Counted from the stretch's first letter, positions 37,801-47,242 are shown. The stretch is DNA of 64,000 bases from a virus (IMGVR_UViG_3300045243_000058:1153-65152), one strand, 5' to 3'. A program made the numbers and translations. The notes: generated by a model not told the origin, from the letters alone.

Positions 37801-40800
37801 GCGAAGACCGGCCCGCGCGACACCACGACGTTCGACCTGCACCCCGACACCATCAAGGTCCTGAACGACACGCGTCTCGGGATGGTCAAGGGCCTCATCG
37901 TGAACAGCGACGGCGTCCCGATCGACGAGGCGGCGGACGCGATGGCGCGCCTCGGGTTCGCCGGCGGCGACCGGGCACACGCGAAGAAGGAACTCCTCGG
38001 CCTGATCCAGAAGATCGCCGGAGACGCGAGCGCCGGTCGCTACAGCGACGTGAAGGACCGGATGAAGTGGGGCAAGGCGATGGAAGACGTCGGCGGGGCG
38101 ATGATCCAGCCGGTCGCCGGCGGAGACCTGAAAGTCGGCCAGGAGTTCACGACGCACGACGGCACCAACTGGACCGTCACGAGCACGAAGCCCGGGGCCA
38201 TCACCGTCGAGAGCACGACGGGCGGGAAGAAGGTCAAGGTCGACGAGTTCGACAAGATCCCGACCATCGGCGGGGTGAGCGGGCCGTCCTCGTTCGGTGA
38301 ACAGCGCGGCGCCTACGTCGCTGGCGGGAAGACGATTCAGGCGTTGCAGGCGCGCTCCTACCTCGTGCGCGAGCCGGCCGGCGCAGACTGGAAGACGGCG
38401 AGCGACAAGTTGAAGGGCGTGCTGATTCGCATCGGCGCGTACCACATGCGCCGCGGCGCCGTGGACCTCGCCGGTCTCGAGAAGGCGATGGTCGGGGAAC
38501 TCGGCCCGCGAGCGCAGGCTTTCGTCCCGGGCGTCTTTGGTGTACTGTCCAAGATGCCGGCCTTCGCAAAGCCGGCGGCGCAGGCGGCGGGTGCCCCGGC
38601 GGTCAGCGTGTCGTCTCCAGGCGGCGCGGGCTCAACGGTGGCGGCTCCCTCCCCACCGGCAGTCACCGGGGCACCCGCCGCGAAGCCAGGAGGCACCGAT
38701 GTCGGAACTCAGCCTGTACGACCTGTCGCAGGCGTCGGAAGACCCGGAGGAGCAGAAGCAGGGCAAGGTGTACATGCCCCCGGGCCCGGAGGACGAACGA
38801 GTCCTCGGGGAGATGTTGCGGCGCCTCCGGCCGAAACTCCTCCAGCGAAAGCGCCAAAGGCCGCCAAGCCCGAGGAAGTAGCACCGACCCGCACCCTCCG
38901 CCCCGGCGGCGTCGCGACCATCTCAAAGGAACTCCTGCCCCGACTCGAACCCGAGTGGAAGTCACTCTACGACCGTCTCGCCGCGCCCGAAGGGCTCGAC
39001 AAGATGGCGAAGATGTTCGGGATGCGCCCGCTCGAGCACCAGGTCGAGAACCTCGTGCGCATCCTCCGGTCGCTCAAGGCCGACCGCGCGCCCGTGCTCG
39101 CGGACGGGACGGGCACCGGGAAGACCCTCTCGGCCGTCATGGTCATCAACGAGCACCTGCTCGCCAACCCGCACAGCCGGCAACTCGTCGTCCTGCCGAA
39201 CGCGGAGATCAAGAGACAGTGGGAGAAGACGCTCAAGCGGGCCGGCATCAATTCGCACTACGTCGAGGAAGCCTTCTCGACGAAGCCGATGACGGTCAAC
39301 TTCATGACCTACCATCGCCTCGGGATCTGGGGACGCGAGAAGCGGATCGGTCTCATCGAGGGGTTCAACCCCGACCTCATCACCTTCGACGAGGCGCACC
39401 GGCTCCGGAACTTCTTCACGGGTGACACGGCCTGGGCACGCATCGGCGAGGAAATCTCCCGCGCGCCCTACTCGAAGAAGGCGCTCTTCCTATCCGCGAC
39501 GCCGTTCCAGTCCTTCCTGCACACCAAGTACCTGACGCGCACGCAACTCTGGGATCCGAAGCAGGCGTGGCCCGACTGGCTGTACCAGAACTTCGGCATC
39601 TACAAGGACAAGGACGGGTCGTGGAACGGCGCGTCGCCGAAGTCGCTGCGGAAGATTCACGAGTCGATGTACCGCTCCGGCGTGCTCCTGAAACACGAGG
39701 TCGACTTCAAGGGCCTCAAGAACTCGAAGGGCGAGACGATCACGTACGCCTCGGAGAACCGCATGGTCTCGGGGTCGCAGGAGCACGTCGCGCAGCAGGC
39801 GAAGTACACGAACCTGTTCCAGACGGTCATCGCGGGCCTGATGGAAGACCCTGCGAAGAACCGCCGGAACATCATGATCGTCAAGGGCGTCCAGCACCTC
39901 TTCAACCGATCGATGGACGAGATCGAGAAGGTGCGCGGCGTCATCGACACGGCGCGCGCCGACCTGGCCGCCGGCAAGAGCGTCATCTTCATGCTCCTGC
40001 GGAAGAACGAGACGTCCGCGGAACAGTGGTACGCCGACTGGGAGGCCGGGAAGCGCGAGTACAAGAAGGGCTCGTACATGCCGGACCTCCTGAAGGTCAT
40101 GCGCGACCACGAGGTTTCCGTGCCGAGCCCCATGGAGACGCTGCGGACGGCCTTCCCGCAGGCGACGTTCATCACGGGTGACCAACCGAGCGGTGGCGGC
40201 GCGCGCGCGTCGAGCATCGACGAGTTCCAGTCCGGGCGCGCAAAGGTCGCCGTCGTCACGATGGCCGCCGGCGCCGAGGGGCTCGACCTCCAGGACCGCA
40301 TCGGCGCGCACCCGCGGTCGATGTACGTCCTGAGCGTCCCGTACACGGCAGGGGAGACGGCGCAGGTCGCCGGGCGCCCGTTCCGCCTCGGGAGCGAGTC
40401 GAGCGCGAGCGTCACCTGGCTCTATACCGACTCGGCGCAGGACGTGAGACAGGCGAAGCTCGTCGCCAACCGCATCCGCGAGATGGGCGCGCTCATCAAG
40501 GGCGAGGTCGAGAGCCCGGGCGCGGACGAGATCGAAAAGTTCAACTTCCCCGAGCTCGACCAGCAGCGCATGAAGCAGGTCGACTCCACGGTCGGCCCGA
40601 ACCACGTCCCGGTCACGCTCGAGGACATGCAGTACCTCGACATGGAGCCGGACGGCGACTTCAACGTCGGCGAGAACCGGCAGCGGTACAAGACGACCGC
40701 GGGCGAGCAGGGCACTCTGTTTCAGACGCCGCAACAGGTCCGGTACGCGAGCGAGAGCGCCAAGCGCGCAGGCGCCATCCTGTCGCAGGACAGCGCCCTC

Positions 40801-43800
40801 TGGAACCGGCTCAAGGCGACGGGCGAGACGCTCCCGATCTACGGAGCGACGCTCGAAAGCCCGGCCGACGTCGCGAAGATGTTTCAGTTCCTCGAGGACC
40901 GCGGGCAGGAGAACGTCTACCTCCTGCTCACCAAGGGCGACACTCCCATTGGTGTCGTGCACCACGCCATCGGTGGCAAGAGCCACGCGACCGTCATCCC
41001 GCCGATCCTCTTGGCGCAGGTCAAGGCAAGCGGCGCCGACGGCCTGCACCTCGTCCACAATCACCCGAGCCAAGACCCGACCCTGAGCGACGACGACGTC
41101 AGGCTCGCGGAGAACTTGGCGGGCCTCCTTCGCGAAATCGGCGTGACCGTGCGGAGCGCCATAGCCACGGACATCGATCGCTTCGGGTACGTGAACACCG
41201 GGAACGGTGAGTTCCGCAAGCAGATACTCCACCGCGGAGAGATGGGCAGCCCCGTCGGGCAGGTCGCCATGATGGCGCTCCACACTGAGCGTGCGCGACC
41301 GGAGAAGGGCGACTACCTGAGCAACCCGCCGAAGGCCGTCATGGCGTGGCACGCCATCGTCACCGACCGCGCGTCACCGAAGACGGCGTTCCTCCTCCTC
41401 AACAAGGACCGGCGGGTCACCGGCCACGTCCTCGTTGCAGGCGATTTCAAGGAACTCATCGAGTCGCCAGACAACCGCGAGACCATCGCGGCTCTGAGCA
41501 ACTTTCTGGCGGCGGCGGCGCACAACGAGGTGGCCGTCGTCAGCAACTCCATCGCCGGCCGTCGCTGGAGCGCGGAAGAGGCGCGCGCGGGCGCATCCGA
41601 CACGCTGCGCGCCTACGGAGAACTGGCGCGGTCGTATCTCGGGAATCGCTCCGACATGCTCGACTTCATCCACGTCCTCAAGAACGAGGCGGGGGATGTC
41701 GCGGCGTTCTCCTACCGCGGCGACATGGCGGTCGAGAAGGCCAAGGCGAAGAAGTTCGAGGTCTCGGAGAACAAGCCCGGGCGCGGCCTCGGTGGCCTCC
41801 CGGCCCGCAGCGAAATCGTCAAGCAGGCGGAAGAGATCCTCGGGACGGCGATCCGGTACAAGCGCATGGGCAAGACGCCGAAGGCGGTGCGCGGGTTCTA
41901 CCAGCCGGTCGGCGGGAACATCAGGATTCGGCGCCCGCTCCAGATGGACACGATCTTCCACGAACTCGGGCACCGTCTCGACCACCTTGTCTTCGGCCAG
42001 CAGGGACCGAATCTCGGAAGCGTACAGGCGCTCCGCCGGTTCCGCGCCGAACTGCTCCCGCTTGCGACGATCCCGGGCCCGGGTCAGGACGCGCTCCCCG
42101 AGGCGTTCGCCGAGTTCATGAAGCACTACGTCATGGACCCCGCGAAGGCCGCGCGCGTCGCGCCGACGTTCTACCCGTACTTCGAGACCTTCATGCAGAG
42201 CGCCAAGGACACCAAGGTCCTGCACGAAGGCATCCTCGCGCTCCGGGACCTGATGGGCGAGTGGCGCACGGGCGACAAGTGGGACCGGATGGGAAGCAGC
42301 ATCGTGAGCGGCGAGATGCCGTTCCACCACTTCCAGCACGAGGCGACCTGGCGCCACCTCTACTCGTACACGTTCGACCAACTCCACTTCCTCCGGTGGG
42401 CGCAAGGGAAGATTGAGGCGCTCGCGGACGGCGCGCCGCTCCGCCCGGACCAGAACCTCAAGGTCCTCGCGACCACGATCACCGGCCGCATGGGGATCGC
42501 CGAGGTCATGGTCAACCACGGGATGACGACGTTCGGGAACCCGGAGCGCCGCGTCGGTCCCTCTCTGCGCGAGATCGCCGAGTCGGTCGGGAGCAAGTGG
42601 CCGAAGTACGAGTCGTACGTCAAGGCGCTCAGGACGCTCTACCTGATGAACCGCGACAAGATGGGCGCGAAGGAGTTCATCGGCGACTACGTCACCGACG
42701 ACGACGTGCGCGGCATCGTGCGGGACGGAAAGGCCGACTTCCTCCATACCTACGGTCTCCAGAAGCAGTACAGCACGGGGCTGCTGCGCTACTACTTCGG
42801 GGCGGGGATGCTCACCGAGAAGGGCATCGCGGACATTGAGGCGCACAACCTCGTCTACTCGCCGTTCCAGCGGCTCATGGACCCGGAGGAGTTGTCGCGC
42901 CCGGGCGGCGGCGCCGGCACGGGCGGCCGGATGGCGAGCCTGTACCGGGGGCTCTACAAGTTGACCGGGAGCCAGAGGGAGACGTTCCCGGCGCTCGAAT
43001 CGCTCCTTCGCATGACGCACACGATGGTCGACCGGGCGGAGAAGAACGCGGTCGTCGTCGCGCTTCTCGATCAGTCCAAGAACCTCAAGGACGCCGGCGT
43101 GCACCTCGCCGAGTGGGTCCCCGAGGAGAAGGTGCCTATCGAACTGCGCGTCGGGACGATCGCCTCGCGGCTCCGTCAGGAACTGGGCATCAAGATCCCC
43201 GGCCTGACCCAGGATCAGATGGACGAGTACCTGACCCTGTTCATGCCGTCGACGAGCTTGCCGAAGCCGCCCTACGTCTGGGCGTGGAAGAACGGGGTCC
43301 GCCGGTACGCCTGGATCAACCCGGACGTCTACGACGCCCTCATGAGCCTCGAGCGCGACCAGCTCCCATGGTTCCTGTCGTGGATGAAGGCCGGCCCGAC
43401 TCTCGTGCGTGGCGGTGCCGTCGTGCTCAACCCGGGGTTCTGGGGATGGAACGAGGCCCGCAAACTCGCGACGGTCATTGTGCAGAGCCACCAGCCGTGG
43501 AAGAACCTCATGTACGTCCCGACCTCGTTCATCGACGGGCTCCTGAAGACCGAGCGGTATCACAAGTACATGGTGACCGGGGCGGCCTACGCGACATTCG
43601 TGCGCCAGACCCAGGACGGGGTCGCCGAGGCCGTGCGCCGGATGGTGGCCGCGCGCGCTCACCCGGTCGCCTTCTACTCGAATCCGGTGAACGCCATCCG
43701 TGGCATCTACTCGCTCGCCGGTCGCGTGCTCGCCGCGTCGGACATGGCGCCGCGCATCGCAGAGGCGCGCGTCCTCGGCCTCGACCAGGCGCAGGGGCGC

Positions 43801-44907
43801 GCCGATCTTCTGCCGATCGGCGCCGCCGCGGCGGACGTGACGCTCGATTACCGGCGGGTCGGGTCGAAGCTGAAGACGCTCTCCGGGGTGACCGCCTTCC
43901 TGACCGCGCACATGCAGGCCATCGACCGGCCGGTGCGCTTCGCGAAGGACCATCCGGCGCGCGCCGCTGGCGTCGCCGTCGCCGCGTTCCTCCTCGGGAT
44001 CACGTACTACATGATGAACCGGGAGAAGAAGCAGTACCAGGACGAGGCGCAGGAGAACAAGGATCTCTACTGGTATTTCTATCCCAGCGACGAGGCGGAC
44101 GACGCCGGCTTCCGGCTCCCGAAGCCCTACGCTTACGGCTGGTTCGCGACCGCGGCGGAGCGGACGATGGAGTCGATGGAGAAGCACCAGCCGGAGATGT
44201 TCCGCCAGTTCGCCGAGGACTTCGGGCGCGGCATGACACCCAACTTCGTGCCGACGATGCTCCAGCCACCCCTCGAAGTCCTGATGAACCGGAGCCTGAA
44301 CACCGGCCGGAAGGTGCAACCCGACACGGGGCTTCCGCAGGAGCGCCGCTGGCCGTGGACGACAGAGAGCGCGGTCGACATCGCCCGCGCGATATCGAGC
44401 GAGGGCGCCGGCGTCAGCGGCCCGGTCATCGAACACCTCGCCGGCGGCCTGACCGGCGGCCTCGGGATGGACGCGCTCCGACTGTCCGACAAGTACATCC
44501 TCGGGGTCCAACCGAAGCGTCCGTCGTACCTGGCGGACGAGCCGGTCATCGGGCGCTTCTTCTCGCGGCAGCCGAACTTCTCGACGGACGCGGTACGCCG
44601 GTTCTACGAGGCGTGGGGGCCCGCGTCCGACGCCTACGCGAGCCAGTCCCAGGCGCGCGCCGAAGGGACGCAGGCGGTCATGGACTTCGAGAAGGCGTAC
44701 GGGCACACCGGCGGCCATCTGCTACAGCGGTACTTCGAGATGCAGGGAGCGCACGCGGCGCTCGCGGCGGCGTGGAAGGAACTCGACCACCTCGACCAGG
44801 AGAACCTGAGCGACGAACAAAGGAAGGATCGGGAAGCGGCGATTGCCCGTAGAATTACGTGGGCAGCGAACATGGGTCTCGCGGCGATACGAAAGGCGCC
44901 GCAGTAG
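34840..44907 (+). CDS. Giant polyvalent ejection protein: SLT + SF2 helicase + JAB/RadC + zincin + LPD38-like
   Basis: SLT: QESGG..AVSKAGAVGKFQFMP, AAYNAG, ETQNYV. Helicase: ADGTGTGKT, FDEAH, LSATP, AGAEGLDL, QVAGR. JAB: HNHPSQDPTLSDDD. Zincin: FHELGH...EAFAEF. C-terminal RLPKPY...PLEVLMN. Confidence 0.9.
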   Translation: MPPEAPSAYDELLRRYGMDQPSSSAPSAGPGPADHSSLEAQNGLPPGLLDAVAQQESGGNPNAVSKAGAVGKFQFMPATARAYGLRVDAGADERRDPVKSAAAAALLLGDLHRRFSGRTDLALAAYNAGPGAVKDAGNAVPDFPETQNYVRSIMGKMGASAAPADTGAMDELMRRYGLSGDQDMPAPAAPDTTGAPAPPPSAAPAAPAPQIPGTGGYQFPAAGMVAQGPGGDIAFPPSARAPQGEVQVPPKSATDAEERQRQLADWWEGGGKAMSPQQIAALGPEYQAFYEETTGKRPTMGAPPSEFQMTGAQLAQSTGEQAYAGFAGAVAPYVPNIPGADVVKWQREVGASGPIGVAAGAAGAIAGYSTPTPLPVAARTVGKLASEMLIGRGAIEMADKAKQALFEDSLDALLNGEHGPKVVRAAQAARAAAMDAGASVEDAATAGTNAAHDYITANVAPTAQRFADAMGDQLLKGMSGSARVWAARNLLDPAAAGLTAGGIESATGLATGEVKPEDLPDHLVGTSLGFLVAHLGWKGVSAAMRNLGLTEGDVIWKARNGKELSDDEKDMLNRLVQRVRAGSQGPGRSEYPQAAIAGTPPQAPGGPVAPGEALERSGQAQALADILQPARDARAAEASDAAARAARAADKQAREASVAAARAQDVSGAMAPLQERAKFYVEQGLLSAEEVQSMGSPDALSRLLDVAQNRRAEEEQRKLATLAQGARLSGTGLVTRIPATEPQAAPVAPQPEPPPPAPAPPESVPERYIPGQRDRFWVQSILARAPNVNEAVKMAQERIGAQPGLDDYVRARWNDKFQAGQKEQATRDLIRQANQSEQARLQRGENRAKVARDIADRLASDQKIKEKQQLANAGREVPTEIGHAQDVSAFHDLLGPETPPAATPAPAPTEPTVAAPSPAASTGQEPANAAPVAPSTGSINAGKKSLTPKRTKEQQSYVDALGDAIGHWGKMLIDHVGAVRIDTQKAIAKTGPRDTTTFDLHPDTIKVLNDTRLGMVKGLIVNSDGVPIDEAADAMARLGFAGGDRAHAKKELLGLIQKIAGDASAGRYSDVKDRMKWGKAMEDVGGAMIQPVAGGDLKVGQEFTTHDGTNWTVTSTKPGAITVESTTGGKKVKVDEFDKIPTIGGVSGPSSFGEQRGAYVAGGKTIQALQARSYLVREPAGADWKTASDKLKGVLIRIGAYHMRRGAVDLAGLEKAMVGELGPRAQAFVPGVFGVLSKMPAFAKPAAQAAGAPAVSVSSPGGAGSTVAAPSPPAVTGAPAAKPGGTDVGTQPVRPVAGVGRPGGAEAGQGVHAPGPGGRTSPRGDVAAPPAETPPAKAPKAAKPEEVAPTRTLRPGGVATISKELLPRLEPEWKSLYDRLAAPEGLDKMAKMFGMRPLEHQVENLVRILRSLKADRAPVLADGTGTGKTLSAVMVINEHLLANPHSRQLVVLPNAEIKRQWEKTLKRAGINSHYVEEAFSTKPMTVNFMTYHRLGIWGREKRIGLIEGFNPDLITFDEAHRLRNFFTGDTAWARIGEEISRAPYSKKALFLSATPFQSFLHTKYLTRTQLWDPKQAWPDWLYQNFGIYKDKDGSWNGASPKSLRKIHESMYRSGVLLKHEVDFKGLKNSKGETITYASENRMVSGSQEHVAQQAKYTNLFQTVIAGLMEDPAKNRRNIMIVKGVQHLFNRSMDEIEKVRGVIDTARADLAAGKSVIFMLLRKNETSAEQWYADWEAGKREYKKGSYMPDLLKVMRDHEVSVPSPMETLRTAFPQATFITGDQPSGGGARASSIDEFQSGRAKVAVVTMAAGAEGLDLQDRIGAHPRSMYVLSVPYTAGETAQVAGRPFRLGSESSASVTWLYTDSAQDVRQAKLVANRIREMGALIKGEVESPGADEIEKFNFPELDQQRMKQVDSTVGPNHVPVTLEDMQYLDMEPDGDFNVGENRQRYKTTAGEQGTLFQTPQQVRYASESAKRAGAILSQDSALWNRLKATGETLPIYGATLESPADVAKMFQFLEDRGQENVYLLLTKGDTPIGVVHHAIGGKSHATVIPPILLAQVKASGADGLHLVHNHPSQDPTLSDDDVRLAENLAGLLREIGVTVRSAIATDIDRFGYVNTGNGEFRKQILHRGEMGSPVGQVAMMALHTERARPEKGDYLSNPPKAVMAWHAIVTDRASPKTAFLLLNKDRRVTGHVLVAGDFKELIESPDNRETIAALSNFLAAAAHNEVAVVSNSIAGRRWSAEEARAGASDTLRAYGELARSYLGNRSDMLDFIHVLKNEAGDVAAFSYRGDMAVEKAKAKKFEVSENKPGRGLGGLPARSEIVKQAEEILGTAIRYKRMGKTPKAVRGFYQPVGGNIRIRRPLQMDTIFHELGHRLDHLVFGQQGPNLGSVQALRRFRAELLPLATIPGPGQDALPEAFAEFMKHYVMDPAKAARVAPTFYPYFETFMQSAKDTKVLHEGILALRDLMGEWRTGDKWDRMGSSIVSGEMPFHHFQHEATWRHLYSYTFDQLHFLRWAQGKIEALADGAPLRPDQNLKVLATTITGRMGIAEVMVNHGMTTFGNPERRVGPSLREIAESVGSKWPKYESYVKALRTLYLMNRDKMGAKEFIGDYVTDDDVRGIVRDGKADFLHTYGLQKQYSTGLLRYYFGAGMLTEKGIADIEAHNLVYSPFQRLMDPEELSRPGGGAGTGGRMASLYRGLYKLTGSQRETFPALESLLRMTHTMVDRAEKNAVVVALLDQSKNLKDAGVHLAEWVPEEKVPIELRVGTIASRLRQELGIKIPGLTQDQMDEYLTLFMPSTSLPKPPYVWAWKNGVRRYAWINPDVYDALMSLERDQLPWFLSWMKAGPTLVRGGAVVLNPGFWGWNEARKLATVIVQSHQPWKNLMYVPTSFIDGLLKTERYHKYMVTGAAYATFVRQTQDGVAEAVRRMVAARAHPVAFYSNPVNAIRGIYSLAGRVLAASDMAPRIAEARVLGLDQAQGRADLLPIGAAAADVTLDYRRVGSKLKTLSGVTAFLTAHMQAIDRPVRFAKDHPARAAGVAVAAFLLGITYYMMNREKKQYQDEAQENKDLYWYFYPSDEADDAGFRLPKPYAYGWFATAAERTMESMEKHQPEMFRQFAEDFGRGMTPNFVPTMLQPPLEVLMNRSLNTGRKVQPDTGLPQERRWPWTTESAVDIARAISSEGAGVSGPVIEHLAGGLTGGLGMDALRLSDKYILGVQPKRPSYLADEPVIGRFFSRQPNFSTDAVRRFYEAWGPASDAYASQSQARAEGTQAVMDFEKAYGHTGGHLLQRYFEMQGAHAALAAAWKELDHLDQENLSDEQRKDREAAIARRITWAANMGLAAIRKAPQ
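38699..38881 (+). CDS. Nested, overprinted 60-aa ORF (+1 frame) inside the giant gene
   Basis: AGGAGG-5nt-ATG; GC3 bias switches into this frame. Confidence 0.6.
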   Translation: MSELSLYDLSQASEDPEEQKQGKVYMPPGPEDERVLGEMLRRLRPKLLQRKRQRPPSPRK

Positions 44908-44917
44908 GGGGCCACGA

Positions 44918-45454
44918 ATGACCGACGAGGAAGTCGCCGCAGCCTTCGAGAAGGCTATCGCGGACCACGCGAAGGACCTGCACGCCCCGGCCAGCATCGA
45001 CCCGCAAGCCCTCCTGCGCGCCATCGCCATGAAGGAATCGACCCGGCTGTCCCGGTGGCAAGCGCCGCGCCATGAACAGTCCTACTGTTATGGCGGCAGC
45101 AACCACATGAAGAACGACCCCGGACAGAAGATGGTCGACTGGAAGTGGGGCTGCGCTGCTCACTCCTCGTGGAGCCCGTGGCAGATCATGTTCCGCACGG
45201 CCGTCGAACTTGGCTTCGACCCGACCCGCGACCCAGCGGATCTCAAGAACCCGCTCGTGGCCGTGGACTGGGTCGTGCTCTACCTCAACCGGCGCCTGTT
45301 CGATACGACGCCGACGCCGACGCTCGCCGATGCCTTCGATGCCTGGAACTCCGGCACCGCCAGCGACCGCAACGTTCCCGAGGAGTACATCAAGGAGGCG
45401 ACCGCACTCTACGACATCATCGTCGCCAACGGGGGAAAGGGGTGGACGACGTAA
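44918..45454 (+). CDS. Endolysin (lysozyme-like/SLT fold)
   Basis: AIAMKES catalytic Glu, SSWSPWQIM..TA..LGF, AFDAWNSG...Y. Confidence 0.75.
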   Translation: MTDEEVAAAFEKAIADHAKDLHAPASIDPQALLRAIAMKESTRLSRWQAPRHEQSYCYGGSNHMKNDPGQKMVDWKWGCAAHSSWSPWQIMFRTAVELGFDPTRDPADLKNPLVAVDWVVLYLNRRLFDTTPTPTLADAFDAWNSGTASDRNVPEEYIKEATALYDIIVANGGKGWTT

Positions 45455-45846
45455 CCGGGGACGAGGATCGTCGCTTCATCTGTCCTGCGTGTAGTAGCAG
45501 GCACATCGAGATTTCAGGAGAGCCCCTACGCCTGCTCGCCGGGAAATCACTACAATGTCTCGAGTGTCGCTGTTTCATCGAGATCCGCGTCGACCCGACG
45601 GGGCGCGTCGAGACCTACCTGGTGCCGATTGGCGGGAAGCAGCACATGGAGGTGGCTCATGCCACGCAACGCGAAGAGGTCAGGCGCATCGCTCGAGCAG
45701 AAGTCGTCACAGTGCCTCACGTCCCTGGAGAAGACCGAGGAGCTGCTCGGCAGTCTCGTGGCCGCCGTACAGTCGGGCGCTACTTTGCCGGCCGTGACGG
45801 TCGACAAGATCGTAGCCAGAGTGATCCGCTTGGGAGCGTCCCTTGA
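45442..45846 (+). CDS. Zn-ribbon protein (3' part overlaps the next gene)
   Basis: CPAC...CLEC. Confidence 0.4.
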   Translation: MDDVTGDEDRRFICPACSSRHIEISGEPLRLLAGKSLQCLECRCFIEIRVDPTGRVETYLVPIGGKQHMEVAHATQREEVRRIARAEVVTVPHVPGEDRGAARQSRGRRTVGRYFAGRDGRQDRSQSDPLGSVP

Positions 45847-45925
45847 GTCACTGACGCATCCCGCGGAGACCAAGCCGCCCGTGCCGGGGGCGACGCCGGA
45901 GGATGGCAACGGAGACGCGGCGTGA
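45659..45925 (+). CDS. Hypothetical protein
   Basis: GGAGGT SD; helical. Confidence 0.55.
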   Translation: MPRNAKRSGASLEQKSSQCLTSLEKTEELLGSLVAAVQSGATLPAVTVDKIVARVIRLGASLESLTHPAETKPPVPGATPEDGNGDAA

Positions 45926-46293
45926 TCCCGCTCGTCGCCGCGCTCGCCCTGACTGCCTGTCCCTACTTCTACTCGGCGCCGGAGAAGGCGGTGCCGGCGT
46001 GGATTCAGGCCATCACCAAGCACAAGATGAACGTCGTCGTCCTCGATCCGGCGCAGCGGTTCAACTGGATCGTGCCGCTCCGGTGGGACGGCAAAGTCAG
46101 CCCGGACAACGTCGACATCCTCTCGCAGCATGACGTGTCGCAGAAACTGAAGGCCGAGGAGGCGCTCGCGGTCTGCATGTGCGGGGGCAATACCAAGGTG
46201 GAGACAGCGGCGAAAGCGATCGTGCAGTGGCGCCACCACCTCAGTCGGGAGGCACCGTTCAACGGGCCCGGCGGGTGTCCCGTTTCACCGTGA
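45922..46293 (+). CDS. Putative lipoprotein/secreted protein
   Basis: MIPLVAALALTA-C lipobox-like signal. Confidence 0.55.
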   Translation: MIPLVAALALTACPYFYSAPEKAVPAWIQAITKHKMNVVVLDPAQRFNWIVPLRWDGKVSPDNVDILSQHDVSQKLKAEEALAVCMCGGNTKVETAAKAIVQWRHHLSREAPFNGPGGCPVSP

Positions 46294-46391
46294 ACGACCC
46301 GGGCCCCGGGTGGGTCAACCTGATCTTTGGGGCCGTACTCCTGGTGGTGCTCGTCGTGCTGATCTGGGCCTACAGGAGGGATAGAGAGTGA
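46290..46391 (+). CDS. Single-TM peptide
   Basis: WVNLIFGAVLLVVLVVLIWAYRR. Confidence 0.5.
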   Translation: MNDPGPGWVNLIFGAVLLVVLVVLIWAYRRDRE

Positions 46392-46455
46392 CATGGCTGC
46401 GCGACATGGCCGTTCTCGGGATCATCTTCTACCTGTTCCTGAAGGCGCAGAAGCG

Positions 46456-47031
46456 ATGAACGGGAAAGAGTGGACCCTCCTAGAGATCGATGTCCGAGCC
46501 TTCATCGAGCGTGTGCTGAAGGAGCGGCACGATCTATACATGGAGAAGTTTCAGTCCAGCAAGGAAGCCGTGACTACGGCCCTGGCTGCGGCGAAGGAGC
46601 AGACCGCTTCCGCCTTCGCATCTTCTGAGAAGGCAGTTGGCAAGTCCGAGGAGAATCAGAAGGAACTGAACCAGAAGAACAACGAGTTCCGCCAGCAGTT
46701 GAAAGACCAGGCTGAAGCGGCGAGCCGCGACTTAATGCCGCGCCTTGAGGTTCAGGCAATCGTCAAGAACCAGGATGAGAAGATCGATGCACACGGAGTC
46801 GCCATCGGGAAACTTCGTGAGGAGTTGAGCATGACGGCCGGGCGGGCAACACTAGCCGATCCTCAGTTGGCTCAACTTCTGATCGAGGTGAAGGCGTTGA
46901 ACAGCGGCAGGTCCCAGGCGACCGGCGCGAGCAACATCGTCGGGCCGCTGATAATCGGTCTGTCGGTCATGGCCGCCGGAACAATCTTTGCTGTTGCCTG
47001 GGCCTTCGTCCAGAGCCGCGGCGGACAATAG
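46456..47031 (+). CDS. Coiled-coil protein with C-terminal TM (lysis region)
   Basis: KEAVTTALAAAKE...SEKAVGKSE...NEFRQQL.DQ motif and a C-terminal hydrophobic helix. Confidence 0.7.
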   Translation: MNGKEWTLLEIDVRAFIERVLKERHDLYMEKFQSSKEAVTTALAAAKEQTASAFASSEKAVGKSEENQKELNQKNNEFRQQLKDQAEAASRDLMPRLEVQAIVKNQDEKIDAHGVAIGKLREELSMTAGRATLADPQLAQLLIEVKALNSGRSQATGASNIVGPLIIGLSVMAAGTIFAVAWAFVQSRGGQ

Positions 47032-47041
47032 GAGGTCGGAA

Positions 47042-47242
47042 ATGCTCTCTCTCGTCATTACACTGGTTGTGATCGGTATCTGTCTGGGACTCCTGAACAA
47101 ATACGGCCCCACGTTCGGTCTCGACGGCAAGATCCTCACGATCATCAACGTCGTCGTGCTCATCTGCGTCATCGTCTGGCTGCTCTCCGTGTTCGGACTG
47201 TTCAACGGGTTCCACGATGTACCCGTGCCGCGGGTGCATTAA
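47042..47242 (+). CDS. 2-TM membrane protein (Thivi_2564-like; holin candidate)
   Basis: AGGAGGT SD; LVITLVVIGICLGLLNKY...IINVVVLICVIVWLL. Confidence 0.7.
   Translation: MLSLVITLVVIGICLGLLNKYGPTFGLDGKILTIINVVVLICVIVWLLSVFGLFNGFHDVPVPRVH

Noticed and set aside
8422-44718. Very long antisense ORFs (8422-9930, 17100-19253, 20138-22288, 23995-26118, 34951-38445, 41374-44718)
   Set aside because: They are shadow frames of high-GC3 genes on the opposite strand, with no SD or recognisable motifs.
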